From Anthoceros angustus (lineage: Eukaryota; Plantae; Anthocerotophyta): a DNA stretch of 64,000 nt. Where the stretch lies: NCBI GenBank assembly GCA_010909165.1, contig MU008224.1, positions 59,444-123,443 on the forward strand, read 5' to 3'. The notes beneath the pieces are model-generated. The model was not told the DNA's origin. It made no database searches and worked only from the letters and a program-made list of their open reading frames with translations. The position numbers were made by a program, and so were the translations under genes. Positions 1-13,319 of the stretch are shown piece by piece. The number at the start of each line of letters is the position of its first letter. Within the stretch, counting starts at the first letter, position 1.

Positions 1-289
1 ATGCCGTCCTCCACTCGAGTCGTCACGTGGCGTCGCCTGGTCGTCCCTTCAACTTCTAAGTTACTTTCCTGGCGTGCTTACCTGGTCACAGGTGGGTCCG
101 GACTTATCCGTTATGCGCCTACCCTAGTAGGTCAGTGCGTTCCTCACTCGGTCCGGAGTATACTCGGAGGGCGTCAGGAGTGCTATCCATGCTTATTTCC
201 CCTTTTCGCCTCATTTTATCCTTCACTCCTACGAAAAAAACAAAACCCTACCTATTTTCTAACCCCCAAGGGAAGTCCGTAGTCCACAG

Positions 290-1490
290 TGACTGAGAAA
301 GTGTACTTGGGAGATGAAAGTAGTGCCACTAGTCTGCAGATTCTTGGCAAAGGCGTTGGCAAGTTTCCGCTGCATGATGATTGAATGTTAGTCCTTCCAG
401 ACGTCTTATATGTGCCTAAGATGGCCAAGAATCAGATTTCCTTGAGCCAACTTATGAAGATGAAGGAACTTCAACTTACCGTTTCTGCTGACTCATGTTG
501 TTTCTTCCGAAGAACTGCTCCTCTCACATGTATCTTCAAGGCTACTCTTGATTCAGATCTGTATTGCTTGGATATCTCCTATACACGTCGAGAACATGCT
601 TACTCGACTGGAGTTGGCAACCTTACAGTTGCCCAGCAGGCCAAATTGTGGCACGCACGTTTAGGTCATGTCAATCGGACTAAACTTATTGACTCCTCTA
701 AACAGGACTGCTACAGAGAGCCCTTACCTCGTTGTTTCAAGGCGCCTGATGTGGCATTTTGCGCTTGCAACGAAACTCCTTTTCCACAAGTTCCAGCATA
801 CACAACTTCTTCTGTTCTCGAATTGGTGCATGCTGATATTTCAAGCCGACTCCAAGTTCCATCTCTTGGCGGCGCAGAATACTATTTCACTCTGACTGAT
901 GATCACAGTCGTTATACCTGGACCTACCCTATGAAGCATAAGAACGAGACAATTCCCTTGTTCAAAGATTGGCTCCTTATGGTTCAGCGCCAGACAGGCC
1001 ACCTGCTCAAGCTATTTAGATCTGATAATGGCACGGAGTTTGTCCATAATGCTTTTTCACAGTTTCTTTCTGATCAGGGAATAATACACCAGCTTATTGT
1101 ACCTTATACCCAACAGCAGAATGGCGTCGCCGAGCGGAAGAACCAAACTCTGATGGGAATGACTCGTTCAATGTTGCTATGGTCTGGTCTATCATCCTAA
1201 TATTGGGTAGAAGGTGTTGTGACTGCAGCATATATACTGAACCATTTGACGACTAATTCAGTGCCTGGCAAAACTCCCTGAGGTATTTTGGAGTAGGAAG
1301 CCAAGTATTCTCCATCTTTGCATCTTTGGCTCTCGTACATTCGCTTATCTGCCTGCAGAGAAGCGAAGGAAGTTAGCTAACAGGTCCCGTGACCTGATCT
1401 TCATTGGCTACAGTGACGTGGCAAAGGCTTACAAACTACTTGACCCTCATACTCTCCATCCTATTGTGGCTCGAAGTGTTACTTTTCTTA
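290..1490 (+). mobile_element. Decayed Ty1/Copia pol fragment (protease C-terminus, GAG-pre-integrase, integrase core)
   Basis: Frame of ORF 385..1200 reads VYLGD...LGKG...*MLVLPDVLYVPKMAKNQISLSQL, then LWHARLGH, ELVHADI, TDDHSRYTW, FRSDNGTEF and QQNGVAERKN. In-frame stops at 382-384 and 1198-1200. After a frameshift the IFIGYSDVAKAYKLLDP...RSVTF (SH3-like) segment continues to about 1490. No RT/RNaseH and no LTR seen. Confidence 0.9.
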
Positions 1491-1954
1491 TTACTTCTGC
1501 ATCCCTTTTGCGTATATTTTTGCTCTTGTTTTCTAGATTCCTGATTTATCTAGTTCTGAGCACCGGATTCTCAGATTATCTCTTTTTTATAATAAAGTCT
1601 TCTTTCCCTATTGATCACAATTGACAAGTAAAAGGTTCAAAAAGCGGAGTATGAGTAGCTTGGACGTGTTGGGGTTCAGACTCAATAACAAGATCACCCA
1701 TCAGAATGGGTAAAGAAAAAGAGCATTCATGAATTCAGGCATTTGTAGGTGTGGATTGCAGGCTTGCACGATGATGCCCGCAGCACGGAACCACGTTCAC
1801 TTGACCGATCAAGCTGCCAGCAGCAAGTGAAGTGAAGGTGAACATTTCTGCGCAGTCGTTGCGCATCGATTGTGCTTAGGTCAGTTTTATCCTTCCAGGT
1901 TGGTGTTTTACATTTCATGAACACATGAAGAAAAGCACCAAGCTTGAATGTCCA

Positions 1955-3621
1955 TCAGTGTAGCAGGAGGAGGAGCAGATTGTAGAAAAGGAGAGGAAAG
2001 GCATCCATCGGTCCGGGCAGACAGTAGTGCAGGCAGTCTCCAGCTTCCAGATGGCTGTCGCCTCGCAGACTCAGGGCAGCATCAATGTCCAGGAAGATGT
2101 AGCCTGCGCTAAGAGTGAGGAGCTTGGACACCTGGTTTTGCCTACCAAACTCTCCCCAGTGGTGCGGGAGTGTGGCCGGGTCTTGCCGGCCTGCCAACGG
2201 TCTGTCGTAGCTCTGGCAATCCCTGTGGCCTGCAACCCGGACCGATTAGCAATTGCGTTCCAAGCATGCCCAGGGCAAGGTTTGCAGCCCTGGCTAGGCG
2301 TGTACGTACCAGGAGGGGTGTTCCTGTAGACCACAAGCAGGTGGGGGAAGCGGGCTCTTAGGATGGCGAACATGTTGGTCAGAGACTGGGAGAAGACAGC
2401 GTCTTGCTCGTAGTGGGCTCCTTTGTTGAGGAGCAACAGCGATATGTTCCACTCGGCGAGCTTGTCGATCCACGGCCACTCATAGAAATTGGCTAGGGTG
2501 TCTGTGGCAGGCTGCTGGACGGCAGACAGTCTGTCATTGCGGATGTAGCCGATGCGGAATCCGAGCCCGTGTTGGAACACATCCGTGCAGAGTGGCCAGC
2601 CCTGGAAGCTTCTCTGATTGTGCTTCAGTGGGAGCTGCATCCCCGTGGTGTTGAGCACCACGTGGTTCATGAGGCTCCACATGGCCTCCTGGCTTAGAGA
2701 GTCACCCACTATCAGGACGTTGTTGCCTTGCCCGACGATTCTGCAATCATATCCATGCTCAATATGTTTTGCAAAGCCGTGTTCTATCTGTTGGGCTTCT
2801 ATTGCAAAGCGCTGCAGATCCATCCATAGCTGTACTAACCTGCAGAAGTCTTCCCGGTTGAAAGGTGTCAGCGGGCAGCTCTCATTCGTCTTCCAGTACC
2901 ATTTCAGCTCTTCCCGGACCTGGTGAGACTGCTACCAAATGTTTAGGAGCTAGCTGTGGCAAAAGTTTCAATCTTGAGCGACTCGCAAGTCTGTAAATCA
3001 GATAGCCCATCTGGAGTGTCATGAATGGGTTCATGAGCTTCTGATCGATTGTGCAGTCTTTAAGGCCTGCAGCACTGGGCATTGACAAGTTCACCTTCCA
3101 AGCGCTTGCATTGGCGGGTGCCCACGCAATGTTGTTGGCCTCTTGCCCGCTCACTGCCCCTTCCTTGGCTTTCCTCCATCTTTCGTCACAGGCATTGGTT
3201 TCATCATCTCCTGCAATGTTGGGTGGAATGTATCTTGGAGTTGCATCGTATGTCCATCTTCCTGATTCGCTGTGCGCACGATAGATATGGAAAGAAATCT
3301 CCACAATTACCAAGCATCTTCAAAAGAAAGAAATAGAGAGCAAGAGACAACTTGTGGATCAATTCACATCCTCCCTGATGCTGCTCGACCTCATACCTCC
3401 GGATATCCATTCATTTAATATATTCATGACAGGGAGTTGCAGCACCTGAAGCACGCAAGAGCAGCATTGATGCTAAAACGCTGGTGGGCTGTGACATTCG
3501 CCTCCGGCACCATGCTCTGCCCGCTGAGCCCAACAAATGTCCTCATCCACCGAGTGAGCCAGGCAGTTGCCACGAACCAGCACAACCACAGCACAGCCAG
3601 CCGACAGGAGCCCGCACCCAT
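1955..3621 (-). CDS. TBL/PC-esterase-like polysaccharide O-acetyltransferase, copy 1 (about 5 exons)
   Basis: N-terminal hydrophobic anchor (MGAGSCRLAVLWLCWFVATAW), SGRWTYD..P motif, W.W...CPLTPFNREDFC, IVGDSL, LNKGAHY, YRNTPPG|H and DCLHYCLPGP. Plausible GT-AG introns at about 3271-3446, 2921-3094, 2741-2837 and 2231-2309. Confidence 0.85.
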
Positions 3622-4408
3622 ATCCAGGTCAAGCTTGCGTTAATGAAATGCGACATGAATTCACAAACACCTGAACAGGGTGGGCTACTAAAGGGCATCT
3701 GAAGTTGCCCGATTGAATTCCCGAGCTCTCCAAGAAACCTTCCAAGGGCCAACTGTCACGACAAGAAAAGAGAAGGCAGTACAAGGCTCCTTGGGATGTC
3801 CATTGACATCCGGACACCGCATCGTGGCAGTCTGTAGGGCATCTACTCGGAGTCCTAACTAAAGCAGCGATCAAATCAGCAGGTCCAGTCCACGATACAT
3901 GTATGTGTATGGTCCCGCGCCTGCCGGCCGCAATGTACCTATCTGGAATTGAGCATCCATATATACCCTACATACTCCTACATACATTGCAGTTGCACGG
4001 CGTCATGAACACTTGCGGAGCCCATTACAATCCACGTTTGCCGCTCTGTACTTGAAGCAGTTACCGAAGGAAGCGGCCATGAAACAAACATGGTTGGTGA
4101 TTTAGGTGTTTGATGGAGGTAGACGTCCAGAAGATGATGGCATATTTCGGGGTATGATTGCCTCGGCCCAGGCGCGCCATGTGGTCTTGTGAGGACGGCG
4201 GCTGGAGGCTGCCATTTGTAAAGGCGCTGGAATCATAGAAAGGCATGATGCTCTCAAGACTCCACACAAGGGTTGGATAGTTGGTAACGCCTGAGCGAAG
4301 CCGGGAAGCCGCGTCTTACCACATGGCGATGTTTCAGGAGCCTGATTGTCGGCAAATTTCGCTAACCTGAGCGGGGCCGCGGGAGCCGCAGCTGCCCTCA
4401 CGGAAAGC

Positions 4409-6160
4409 ATGTTGAAGGGGCTGTGGAGCTCGAGCGGCATCAGGCCAGCGTACGTGCTGGCCATCTGCATCTGCCTGGTGGCCGCCACCGTGGTGCTGCT
4501 GCGCGTGGGAATGCTTTCAGAGGGCCCCTTGGCTTGGACAGCCGCACCTCGCTCCACCTCGGATTCATGGGGAGGGCTGGGCACCACCTCTGCCCACCTC
4601 CTCTCCTTGTTCCAGTCCACACTTGACGAAGCCCGCGATCTCAAGGACTCCCAGGCCCGGATGCAGGCCAAATTGGAGGACGTCGACTCCAAGATCGCAA
4701 TTGGAGGAGGAGGAGGAGGAGGACCCGGATCGGGTGGAAGCTCGGTAAATGCAGCATCGAATGGGACGGCGGAGAGCCGGGCATGGCAGGAATATCCCAG
4801 CTCCGACGTCTCCAAGCTCCTGCCGCTCTACCCCGTCGGCAGCGCGCCCTACCAAGAGCTGCAGGCGATGCGATATTGCCGGGACGACGGCAGATACAAG
4901 TACTCGCCGCCGGATGCGGCTTTGCTCACCTGGACGCCAGCAGCTGGTCTCTACCTGCTGCCCATCTGCGACTACGGCCAGATTTCCAACCGGCTCAACT
5001 GCTTAAGGTGGTACATGCTGCTGGCGGCGCTGCTGAACAGGACGCTGGTGATCCCGGAGCGGGACGGGATGATGGGCTACGACTACGGGCTGGTGTTGGA
5101 CGCGGAGCACGCCCGGCGGTGCATCGGGGGATCGGGGGCGTGGGCTGACCGGACCGTGGTCACCTTCCGGGAGTACCTGGAGATGGAGGGACTGTGGGAG
5201 GACGGGAAGCAGGTGAAGGATGCGGTGCTCGACAGCATCTGGTGCTGGAAGGACAGGTGCGACCTGGAGAGGATCCGGAAGATGTTTCCCAAGGGAGTGG
5301 CCATCCCGGCGGAATTCTCCGGCTGGGAGTACAGGAAGAAGGTGGGCTCTGTGCCCGACCTGCACCGGGAGTTCGGCGGCTTGCGCGATCCGCTCATCAG
5401 CTTCGGGGACCTGTACAGCATCAACCACTTCAAGGACGTGGCCAGGGAGACGTACAGCAGCCCCAATCTGCCTTTCGCCGGGCTGTCTTGCAAGCTTGTA
5501 ATCCAGCCGCATGTGGCGGTCATCCTGGCCGCCAAGGGGCTGGTGAAGACCATCTTCGGGCCGCAGTACATGGCGGTGCATATCAGACGGGGCGATTTCT
5601 ACCACTCCTGGGCGAACGACTGCCAGAAGCAGGCGGGCGGGCGGGGCACTTTCTCTGTCACCGCTGGATGCAAGCTTCCATCCATAGGCGCCATAGCAAA
5701 CTGCATTCTGGAGAAGCTGGAAGGCACCAACATCAACATGGTGTTCGTGGCCACCAATGCGAAGCCCATGGAGCTGACGCTGCTGGAGAAGCTTCTGGCT
5801 GCCAATCCGCGAGGTGGGGGTCCGGTCACGCTTCTGCGCCGCCCGGAACAGCTGGGCCCACCCGACAGCCTCTACTGGGCCGATGCTTGGAACGGGATGA
5901 AGCTGGACGGGCAGGCGCTGGCGCATACCGCTCTCGACAAGCTTCTGTGCGCCATGGCCAAACTCTTCATGGGTAGTCGAGGCTCCACCTTCACCGACGA
6001 CATTGTCAGAATGAGGGCCGCCTTGGGCACGCAAAGCTGCCACGATCAGCGCCTTTGTGCGGCTTACGCTGTCCGGTCGCAGGACGAGTTGCCTACCTTC
6101 AATGTCACCTTCACTGACGGCTACCAGGGGACTCGCAATTACCGCCGCCGCCGGAGCTAG
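4409..6160 (+). CDS. O-fucosyltransferase-like glycosyltransferase (PF10250/GT68-like), type II membrane protein, single exon
   Basis: First ATG at 4409 within ORF 4346..6160. TM segment AYVLAICICLVAATVVLL, coiled stem and poly-Gly linker, then GQISNRLNC...AALLNRTLVIP, AVHIRRGDF, VFVATNA and DKLLCAMAKLFMGSRGSTFT..I..MR. Confidence 0.85.
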   Translation: MLKGLWSSSGIRPAYVLAICICLVAATVVLLRVGMLSEGPLAWTAAPRSTSDSWGGLGTTSAHLLSLFQSTLDEARDLKDSQARMQAKLEDVDSKIAIGGGGGGGPGSGGSSVNAASNGTAESRAWQEYPSSDVSKLLPLYPVGSAPYQELQAMRYCRDDGRYKYSPPDAALLTWTPAAGLYLLPICDYGQISNRLNCLRWYMLLAALLNRTLVIPERDGMMGYDYGLVLDAEHARRCIGGSGAWADRTVVTFREYLEMEGLWEDGKQVKDAVLDSIWCWKDRCDLERIRKMFPKGVAIPAEFSGWEYRKKVGSVPDLHREFGGLRDPLISFGDLYSINHFKDVARETYSSPNLPFAGLSCKLVIQPHVAVILAAKGLVKTIFGPQYMAVHIRRGDFYHSWANDCQKQAGGRGTFSVTAGCKLPSIGAIANCILEKLEGTNINMVFVATNAKPMELTLLEKLLAANPRGGGPVTLLRRPEQLGPPDSLYWADAWNGMKLDGQALAHTALDKLLCAMAKLFMGSRGSTFTDDIVRMRAALGTQSCHDQRLCAAYAVRSQDELPTFNVTFTDGYQGTRNYRRRRS

Positions 6161-6267
6161 CCTGTGGATTCCTCGCTGCAGCCCGGAAACATTGCTCGGC
6201 TCGCATTTTCAACAACCTGCTCAGGCACCTCACCTGCTGCGTGCCCATTTCCTGCGGGTTAAGTGTA

Positions 6268-6495
6268 GAAGAAGAAGAAGAAAAATTTTATTGAAGTCCA
6301 CTAAGGACAGATTTCCGTCATGGGACTTGGTACTTAACAACTTGTACCATGGTGGGCCTAACCTACTTGCACCAAGGCCATCCATTCCCCTACTTGCACC
6401 AAGGCCATCCATTCCCTTTAGGGACCTTATCTAAGTACAGATCCAAGCGTGGGATGCTTAATAACCACGTTCTTATAAATGTGTGTCCATTTGGA
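6268..6495 (-). mobile_element. 3' end of a non-LTR (LINE/SINE-like) repeat with AATAAAA(TTC)n tail, copy 1
   Basis: Near-identical to 33253..33445 and 33826..33933. The minus strand ends ...GTGGACTTCAATAAAATTTTCTTCTTCTTCTTCT. Contains an internal tandem duplication of about 27 bp (about 6363-6416). Confidence 0.55.
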
Positions 6496-9400
6496 AGGCA
6501 AACCGGAACGTTGCTCAACCTACAACACGGGGTTTACAACGCGTCGACCCTATTACCAGAGGGTATCTTTTCTACAACCTTGGCCTGTATTTAATAACAC
6601 GTTTTTTACAGCAGAAATACGTTTTTTCGAGCAATGTGTTCCTTACAACAATGGCCGATATTTGATAACAATAGTTGTACCTTGTACAATAGCCAATACA
6701 TTTTTTTTACAACGGGGTCTCTTTCATAACAATGAATTTTTTATAATATTATTTTATAACATATAAATTTAAATCTATAATATAACATTTTATTTTTAAA
6801 AATATTTTAATTTTTTATTGCAACTTGCATTGTAAAGGGTTTATCTAGTAAAGAGCTACGTCTATTTTATAACTACGTCAATATAATTTTAAATAAATTA
6901 AATTTTCCTTATAGCTTGTATTGTAAAATGTAGATGTTGTGAAATCACTGTCTTTTTTACAACAAGTATCTTGCTAAGGGCTTCCAAACAAGTCTAAATG
7001 GTAAAGAGTTTCGTTTTAATTGGAGTACGATATTGACTTATAAAGTTTTGCTGCCACATGAGTGTTTCAACTTCGGCTCTGCATCTTCAGCTGCTGTATA
7101 CTTGTTCGAAAGCTCTTGGCATGCTATGCAACTGGAATCTGGATGCTGCATAACCCAGCTGCAGCTTCTACATCTTCCAATGCTTGCAAGAGCATGCAGA
7201 ACCAAGCACCACAACTTTCACCCACGGCATTCAGCAGCATAGTTCATCAAGATGCAACAATAACAAGACGACTATCAGATTGCTCAGCAACATTGAGGAG
7301 AGAAGTGTGAGGCTAAGAAAATTCCACAGCTTGCTATTCTGAGCAATTTCACAGGTTAGAACGTTGAAACCCAGTCTCTTGATAACAGGGGAACACAAGT
7401 CTATCGGCGAGTATCTAGCATTTGTCTCTATGAATGTAAGGAAGGATCCCACTGGTGTGACTCCGATCGTGAGGACGGATGCTGACAATGGCGAGAGGGA
7501 AGGCGGAGGCTCAAGGAGCAGTATATGTTGCTGGCAAATCAAATTCAAAAATCACAGGCGAAGAGGAATTAAATGCATGGAGAGACGAAGCTGAAGTTAT
7601 AAGTGGCCAGAATTGGTTGTAGAGCCTACGTGCTAATGCTTACTTTTGCTGCTGCAATTAGAGGATTCTTCTTTGGCTAAGAGACAGCTCATATCCCTCC
7701 ACCTATATTGGGTGGGGGTTCGTTAGCAGTTATGTTTGGATTAGTCCTTGATGGCTCCTTTTCAGGTTCCTAGAGAATGCACAAGTCATATTCGGTGCAC
7801 TTTTGTACATCAAAGACGAATTCATTGAATTCGGGCAGATCTGCCCATAGTTTTGACAATGGTTTGTACATTTGCAGAAATTATTTATAAAAGCATAATA
7901 TATAATGGGTCAAATTATAACAGTTTGAATTTTGGGGGAAAATATTTACAACGCTAGAAATGATTTACAACAACAAAATTTACAATAGTTTACATTATTT
8001 ACAACAGTTTGAATTTGTGGGATAAAATACTTATAAAGGCAGAAATTATTCACAACAATAATGGGTTAAATTATTTACAATGGTTTGAATTTGGGGGTAA
8101 TATTTAGGGTGCAAGCATGGTTTGGTGCTCGCTTTAGTTAGAAACGGGTGAAACACTATTATTTTGTCCTCACGCAATGTCTGCAATTATAAAAAATTCA
8201 TTTCTTTTCCAACTTGATTTTTTTTACGGGTTACAATAATATCTATTTTTATCTATGATTAAAATTTAACAAAGAATAATAGATTAAAATGTCCTTAAAC
8301 TATTCAACTTGAAAAACAACAATGTCCCCACAAGACTGCCTTTTGCCACTTTATTTCACGAACCCGTGGCCCGGGAACGGGCTCGCCCATGCGCTGGCTT
8401 CGGAATGCTGCAAGTTTAGAAATCCAGCTCGGATTTATGGTCAACATAGAATATCATTTTTTCAAAGCAGGCGGGACTGCGTTACGTGCATACCGCCCAC
8501 TAGCAAATGACCTAGGTACTCTTGAACTCAACTTGAAATATGTAGGCTAGGCAATAAACGTGACAGGCTTCAGTTCTACAACAAGACGTGGTGGAAGGAG
8601 CGGATCAGGTTCGGACGGTGCTATAAGTTGCAAGTTTGCCCGGGGCGTTGGGATGGTGGATAGAGCGGGTGATGTTTTTTGGATGGTGCTATGGCTCGAT
8701 CACCGTCCCATCAATGGAGTCGATGAGCAGCAGGTAAACGTCGTCAGTGCGAACGGCAGGCGGAAGCACCAGCAGCTGAAGGTGCTTCACGTGAGGCTGG
8801 TGTCCAGGGTGTGGGAGGAAGAAGGGTAGGGAGGAATCTTGGGATTGAACAAGTGCAGATGTCAAACGAGGAGACACGTCCTCCAGAAGCGCCAAGGAGA
8901 GTAGGAGAGGATGCTCCTTCAGGGAGAATTGAAGGAGAGGGCGTCAAAACATCAATAGTCCATGTACAGAAGCATAGAGAGCGGCAACGGGCTCTTGCAT
9001 TGTAAAGGGTTTATCTAGTAAAGAGCTACGTCTATTTTATAACTACGTCAATATAATTTTAAATAAATTAAATTTTCCTTATAGCTTGTATTGTAAAATG
9101 TAGATGTTGTGAAATCACCGTCTTTTTACAACAAGTATCTTGCTAAGGGCTTCCAAACAAGTCTAAATGGTAAAGAGTTTCGTTTTAATTGGAGTACGAT
9201 ATTGACTTATAAAGTTTTGCCACATGAGTGTTTCAACTTGACTCTGCATCTTGATCTTGTATACTTGTTCGAAAGCTCTTGGCATGCTATGCTGGAATCG
9301 ATCTTTGCATAAATGCAGCTTCTACATCTTCCAATGCTTGCAAGAGCATGCTTCAAGATGGCACCAGCACCATCGTGCTCCCCTTCCTGGCCACTTTCAA

Positions 9401-11424
9401 AAAGACCAAAGAATGTTACACCCACTTGTAATGCTAGGATACCGAGCAATGTGTTCCTTACAACAATGGCCGATATTTGATAACAATAGTTGTACCTTGT
9501 ACAATAGCCAATACATTTTTTTACAACGGGGTCTCTTTCATAACAATGAATTTTTATAATATTATTTTATAACATATAAATTTAAATCTATAATATAACA
9601 TTTTATTTTTAAAAATATTTTAATTTTTATTGCAACTTGCATTGTAAAGGGTTTATCTAGTAAAGAGCTACGTCTATTTTATAACTACGTCAATATAATT
9701 TTAAATAAATTAAATTTTCCTTATAGCTTGTATTGTAAAATGTAGATGTTGTGAAATCACTGTCTTTTTTACAACAAGTATCTTGCTAAGGGCTTCCAAA
9801 CAAGTCTAAATGGTAAAGAGTTTCGTTTTAATTGGAGTACGATATTGACTTATAAAGTTTTGCCACATGAGTGTTTCAACTTGACTCTGCATCAACAGGC
9901 CATTGCCCTTGTAAAACCAACACCAAAATAATAGCCCTGGTCGCTCGCCAGTTGCATGGATTGAACTCATTACGGACCCCAAATGCATAATTCTGAGCAA
10001 AATCCATCAATGAAACCACAACACCCTGTGGGAACCATTCGAGACAATATCTAAACTCTATCCCCAGCCAACGCTGGATGTAATCATGAAATGCAAACTC
10101 CTTCAGCCTTACCTTCAGTTAGTAGACAAACACAAAAGGATGTGTTTCTCGACACTAGTTTTGATCCTTTTCTTGTCGCTATCAGCATCCTTTCTCGACT
10201 ACCTCATATTGAAAAGCTGCCACTTAAGAAGAGCATCCGTCAATATAATTTTAAATAAATTAAATTTTCCTTATAGCTTGTATTGTAAAATGTAGATGTT
10301 GTGAAATCACCGTCTTTTTACAACAAGTATCTTGCTAAGGGCTTCCAAACAAGTCTAAATGGTAAAGAGTTTCGTTTTAATTGAGTACGATATTGACTTA
10401 TAAAGTTTTGCTGCCACATGAGTGTTTCAACTTCGGCTCTGCATCTTCAGCTTCTGTATACTTGTTCGAAAGCTCTTGGCATGCTATGCAACTGGAATCG
10501 ATCTTTGCATAACCCGGTGTACATCTTCCAATGCTTGCAAGAGCATGCAGAACCAAGCACCACAACTTTCACCCGCACGGCATTCAGCAGCATAGTTCAT
10601 CAAGATGCAACAATAACAAGACGACTATCAGATTGCTCAGCAACATTGAGGAGAGAAGTGTGAGGCTAAGAAAATTCCACAGCTTGCTATTCTGAGCAAT
10701 TTCACAGGTTAGAACGTTGAAACCCGGTCTCTTGATAGAGAACACAAGTCTATCGGCGAGTATCTAGCATTTGTCTCTATGAATGTAAGGAAGGATCCCA
10801 CCGTGTGACTCGATCGTGAGGACGGATCGACAATGGCGAGAGGGAAGGCGGAGGCTCAAGGAGCGATATATGTTCTTTGGCAAATCAAATTCAAAAATCA
10901 CAGTGAAGAGGAATTAAATGCATGGAGAGAGGCGGGTTATAAGTGGCGGGTGGTTGTAGAGCCTACGTGCTAATGCTTACTTTTGCTGCTAATTAGAGGA
11001 TTCTTCTTTGGCTAAGAGACTCATATCCCTCCACCTATATTGGGTGGGGTTCGTTATGATTATGTTTGGATTAGTCCTTGATGGCTCCTTTCGTGTTCCT
11101 AGAGAATGCACAAGTCATATTCGTGCACTTTTGTACATCAAAGACGATTCATTGAATTAGATCCCCATAGTTTTGACAATGGTTTGTACATTTGCAGAAA
11201 TTATTTATAAAAGCATAATATATAATGGGTCAAATTATAGCAGTTTGAATTTGGGGAAAATATTTACGCTTAGAAATGATTTACAACAACAAAATTTACA
11301 ATAGTTTACATTATTTACAACAGTTTGAATTTGTGGGATAAAATACTTATAAAGGCTTATTCACAACAATAATGGGTTAAATTATTTACAATGGTTTGAA
11401 TTTGGGGTAATATTTAGGGTGCAA

Positions 11425-12150
11425 GCATGCTTCAAGATGGCACCAGCACCATCGTGCTCCCCCTTCCTGTGGCCACTTTCGAAAAAAGACCAAAGAATGT
11501 TACACCCACTTGTAATGCTAGGATACCGAGCAATGAAGTAGTTAGGGCAACACGCTTTGAATCGGCTGGCTGCCCCATCTGACCAGCACAAGTGTTCTCG
11601 AGGTTGAGGGAATCCCATATCCTGCATCCACTACCACTGTTTTAGCAAACAGTGTAGCACAAATAGAGTGTCATGGACCATGTCGTCGCTAATATAAAAG
11701 TGATAGTCTTCTCAATTGATGCGCCAGGGTCCTCTGCATCAACAGGGCCATTGCCCTTGTAAAAAACCAACACCAAAATAATAGCCTGGTCGTTCTGCCA
11801 GTGCATGGATTGAAACTCATTCTGGACCCCAAATGCATAATTCTGAGCAAAATCCATCAATGAAACCACAACACCCTGTGGGAACCATTCGAGACAATAT
11901 CTAAACTCTATCCCCAGCCAACGCTGGATGTAATCATGAAATGCAAACTCCTTCACCTTACCTTCGCTTAGTAGACAAACACAAAGGATGTGTTTCTCGA
12001 CACTAGTTTTGATCCTTTTCTTGTCGCTATCAGCATCCTTTCTCGACTACCTCATATTGAAAAGCTGCCACTTAAGAAGAGCATCCGTCAATATTAGCAC
12101 ATGTCCGTGAAGGGCATTAGGAAGTGTGTTGAGACTACACATCACATGTT
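11425..12150 (-). pseudogene. Transposase catalytic-core fragment (duplicate of about 13780..14510)
   Basis: ORFs 11642..11956 (MDFAQNY..QSMHW) and 11382..11627 (WSDG..GHRKGEHDG) separated by a frameshift. Confidence 0.7.
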
Positions 12151-13319
12151 CCTAGAGAATGCACAAGTCATATTCGTGCACTTTTGTACATCAAAGACAA
12201 TTCATTGAATTAGATCCCCATAGTTTTGACAATGGTTTGTACATTTGCAGAAATTATTTATAAAAGCATAATATATAATGGGTCAAATTATAGCAGTTTG
12301 AATTTTGGGGAAAATATTTACGCTTAGAAATGATTTACAACAACAAAATTTACAATAGTTTACATTATTTACAACAGTTTGAATTTGTGGGATAAAATAC
12401 TTATAAAGGCTTATTCACAACAATAATGGGTTAAATTATTTACAATGGTTTGAATTTGGGGGTAATATTTAGGGTGCAAGCATGGTTTGGTGCTCGCTTT
12501 AGTTAGAAACGGGTGAAACACTATTATTTTGTCCTCACGCAATGTCTGCAATTATAAAAAATTCATTTCTTTTCCAACTTGATTTTTTTTACGGGTTACA
12601 ATAATATCTATTTTTATCTATGATTAAAATTTAACAAAGAATAATAGATTAAAATGTCCTTAAACTATTCAACTTGAAAAACAACAATGTCCCCACAAGG
12701 CGCTTTTGCCACTTTATTTCACGAACCTGGCGGGCAGGCTCGCCCATCTGTGGCTAATCTTGCAGTTAGAAATCCGGCTCGGTTATGGTCAACATAGAAT
12801 ATCATTTTTTCAAAGCGGGATGCGTTACGTGCATACCGCCCACTAGCAAATGACCTAGGTACTCTTGAACTCAACTTGAAATATGTAGGCTAGGCAATAA
12901 ACGTGACAGGCTTCAGTTCTACAACAAGACGTGGTGGAAGGAGCGGATCGAGTTCGGACGGTGCTATAAGTTGCAAGTTTGCGGGCGTTGGGATGGTGGA
13001 TAGAGCGGGTGATGTTTTTGGATGGTGCTATGGCTCGATCACCGTCCCATCAATGGAGTCGATGAGCGGTAAAGCGTCGTCGGTCACGGCAGCGGTGGCA
13101 CCAGTGAAGGTGCTTCACGTGGTGTCCAGGGTGTGGGAGGAAGAAGGGTAGGGAGGAATCTTGGGATTGAACAAGTGCAGATGTCAAACGAGGAGACACG
13201 TCCTCCAGAAGCGCCAAGGAGAGTAGGAGAGGATGCTCCTTCAGGGAGAATTGAAGGAGAGGGCGTCAAAACATCAATAGTCCATGTACAGAAGCATAGA
13301 GAGCGGCAACGGGCTCTTG

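Noticed and set aside
1-285. 93-aa ORF at the window start as Copia gag/protease
   Set aside because: No gag or DSGAS-type motif; the Copia frame becomes recognisable only at about 290. The segment is unassigned.
5003-6043. 346-aa - strand ORF and other overlapping ORFs in 4100-6400
   Set aside because: Shadows of the GC3-rich O-fucosyltransferase-like CDS.
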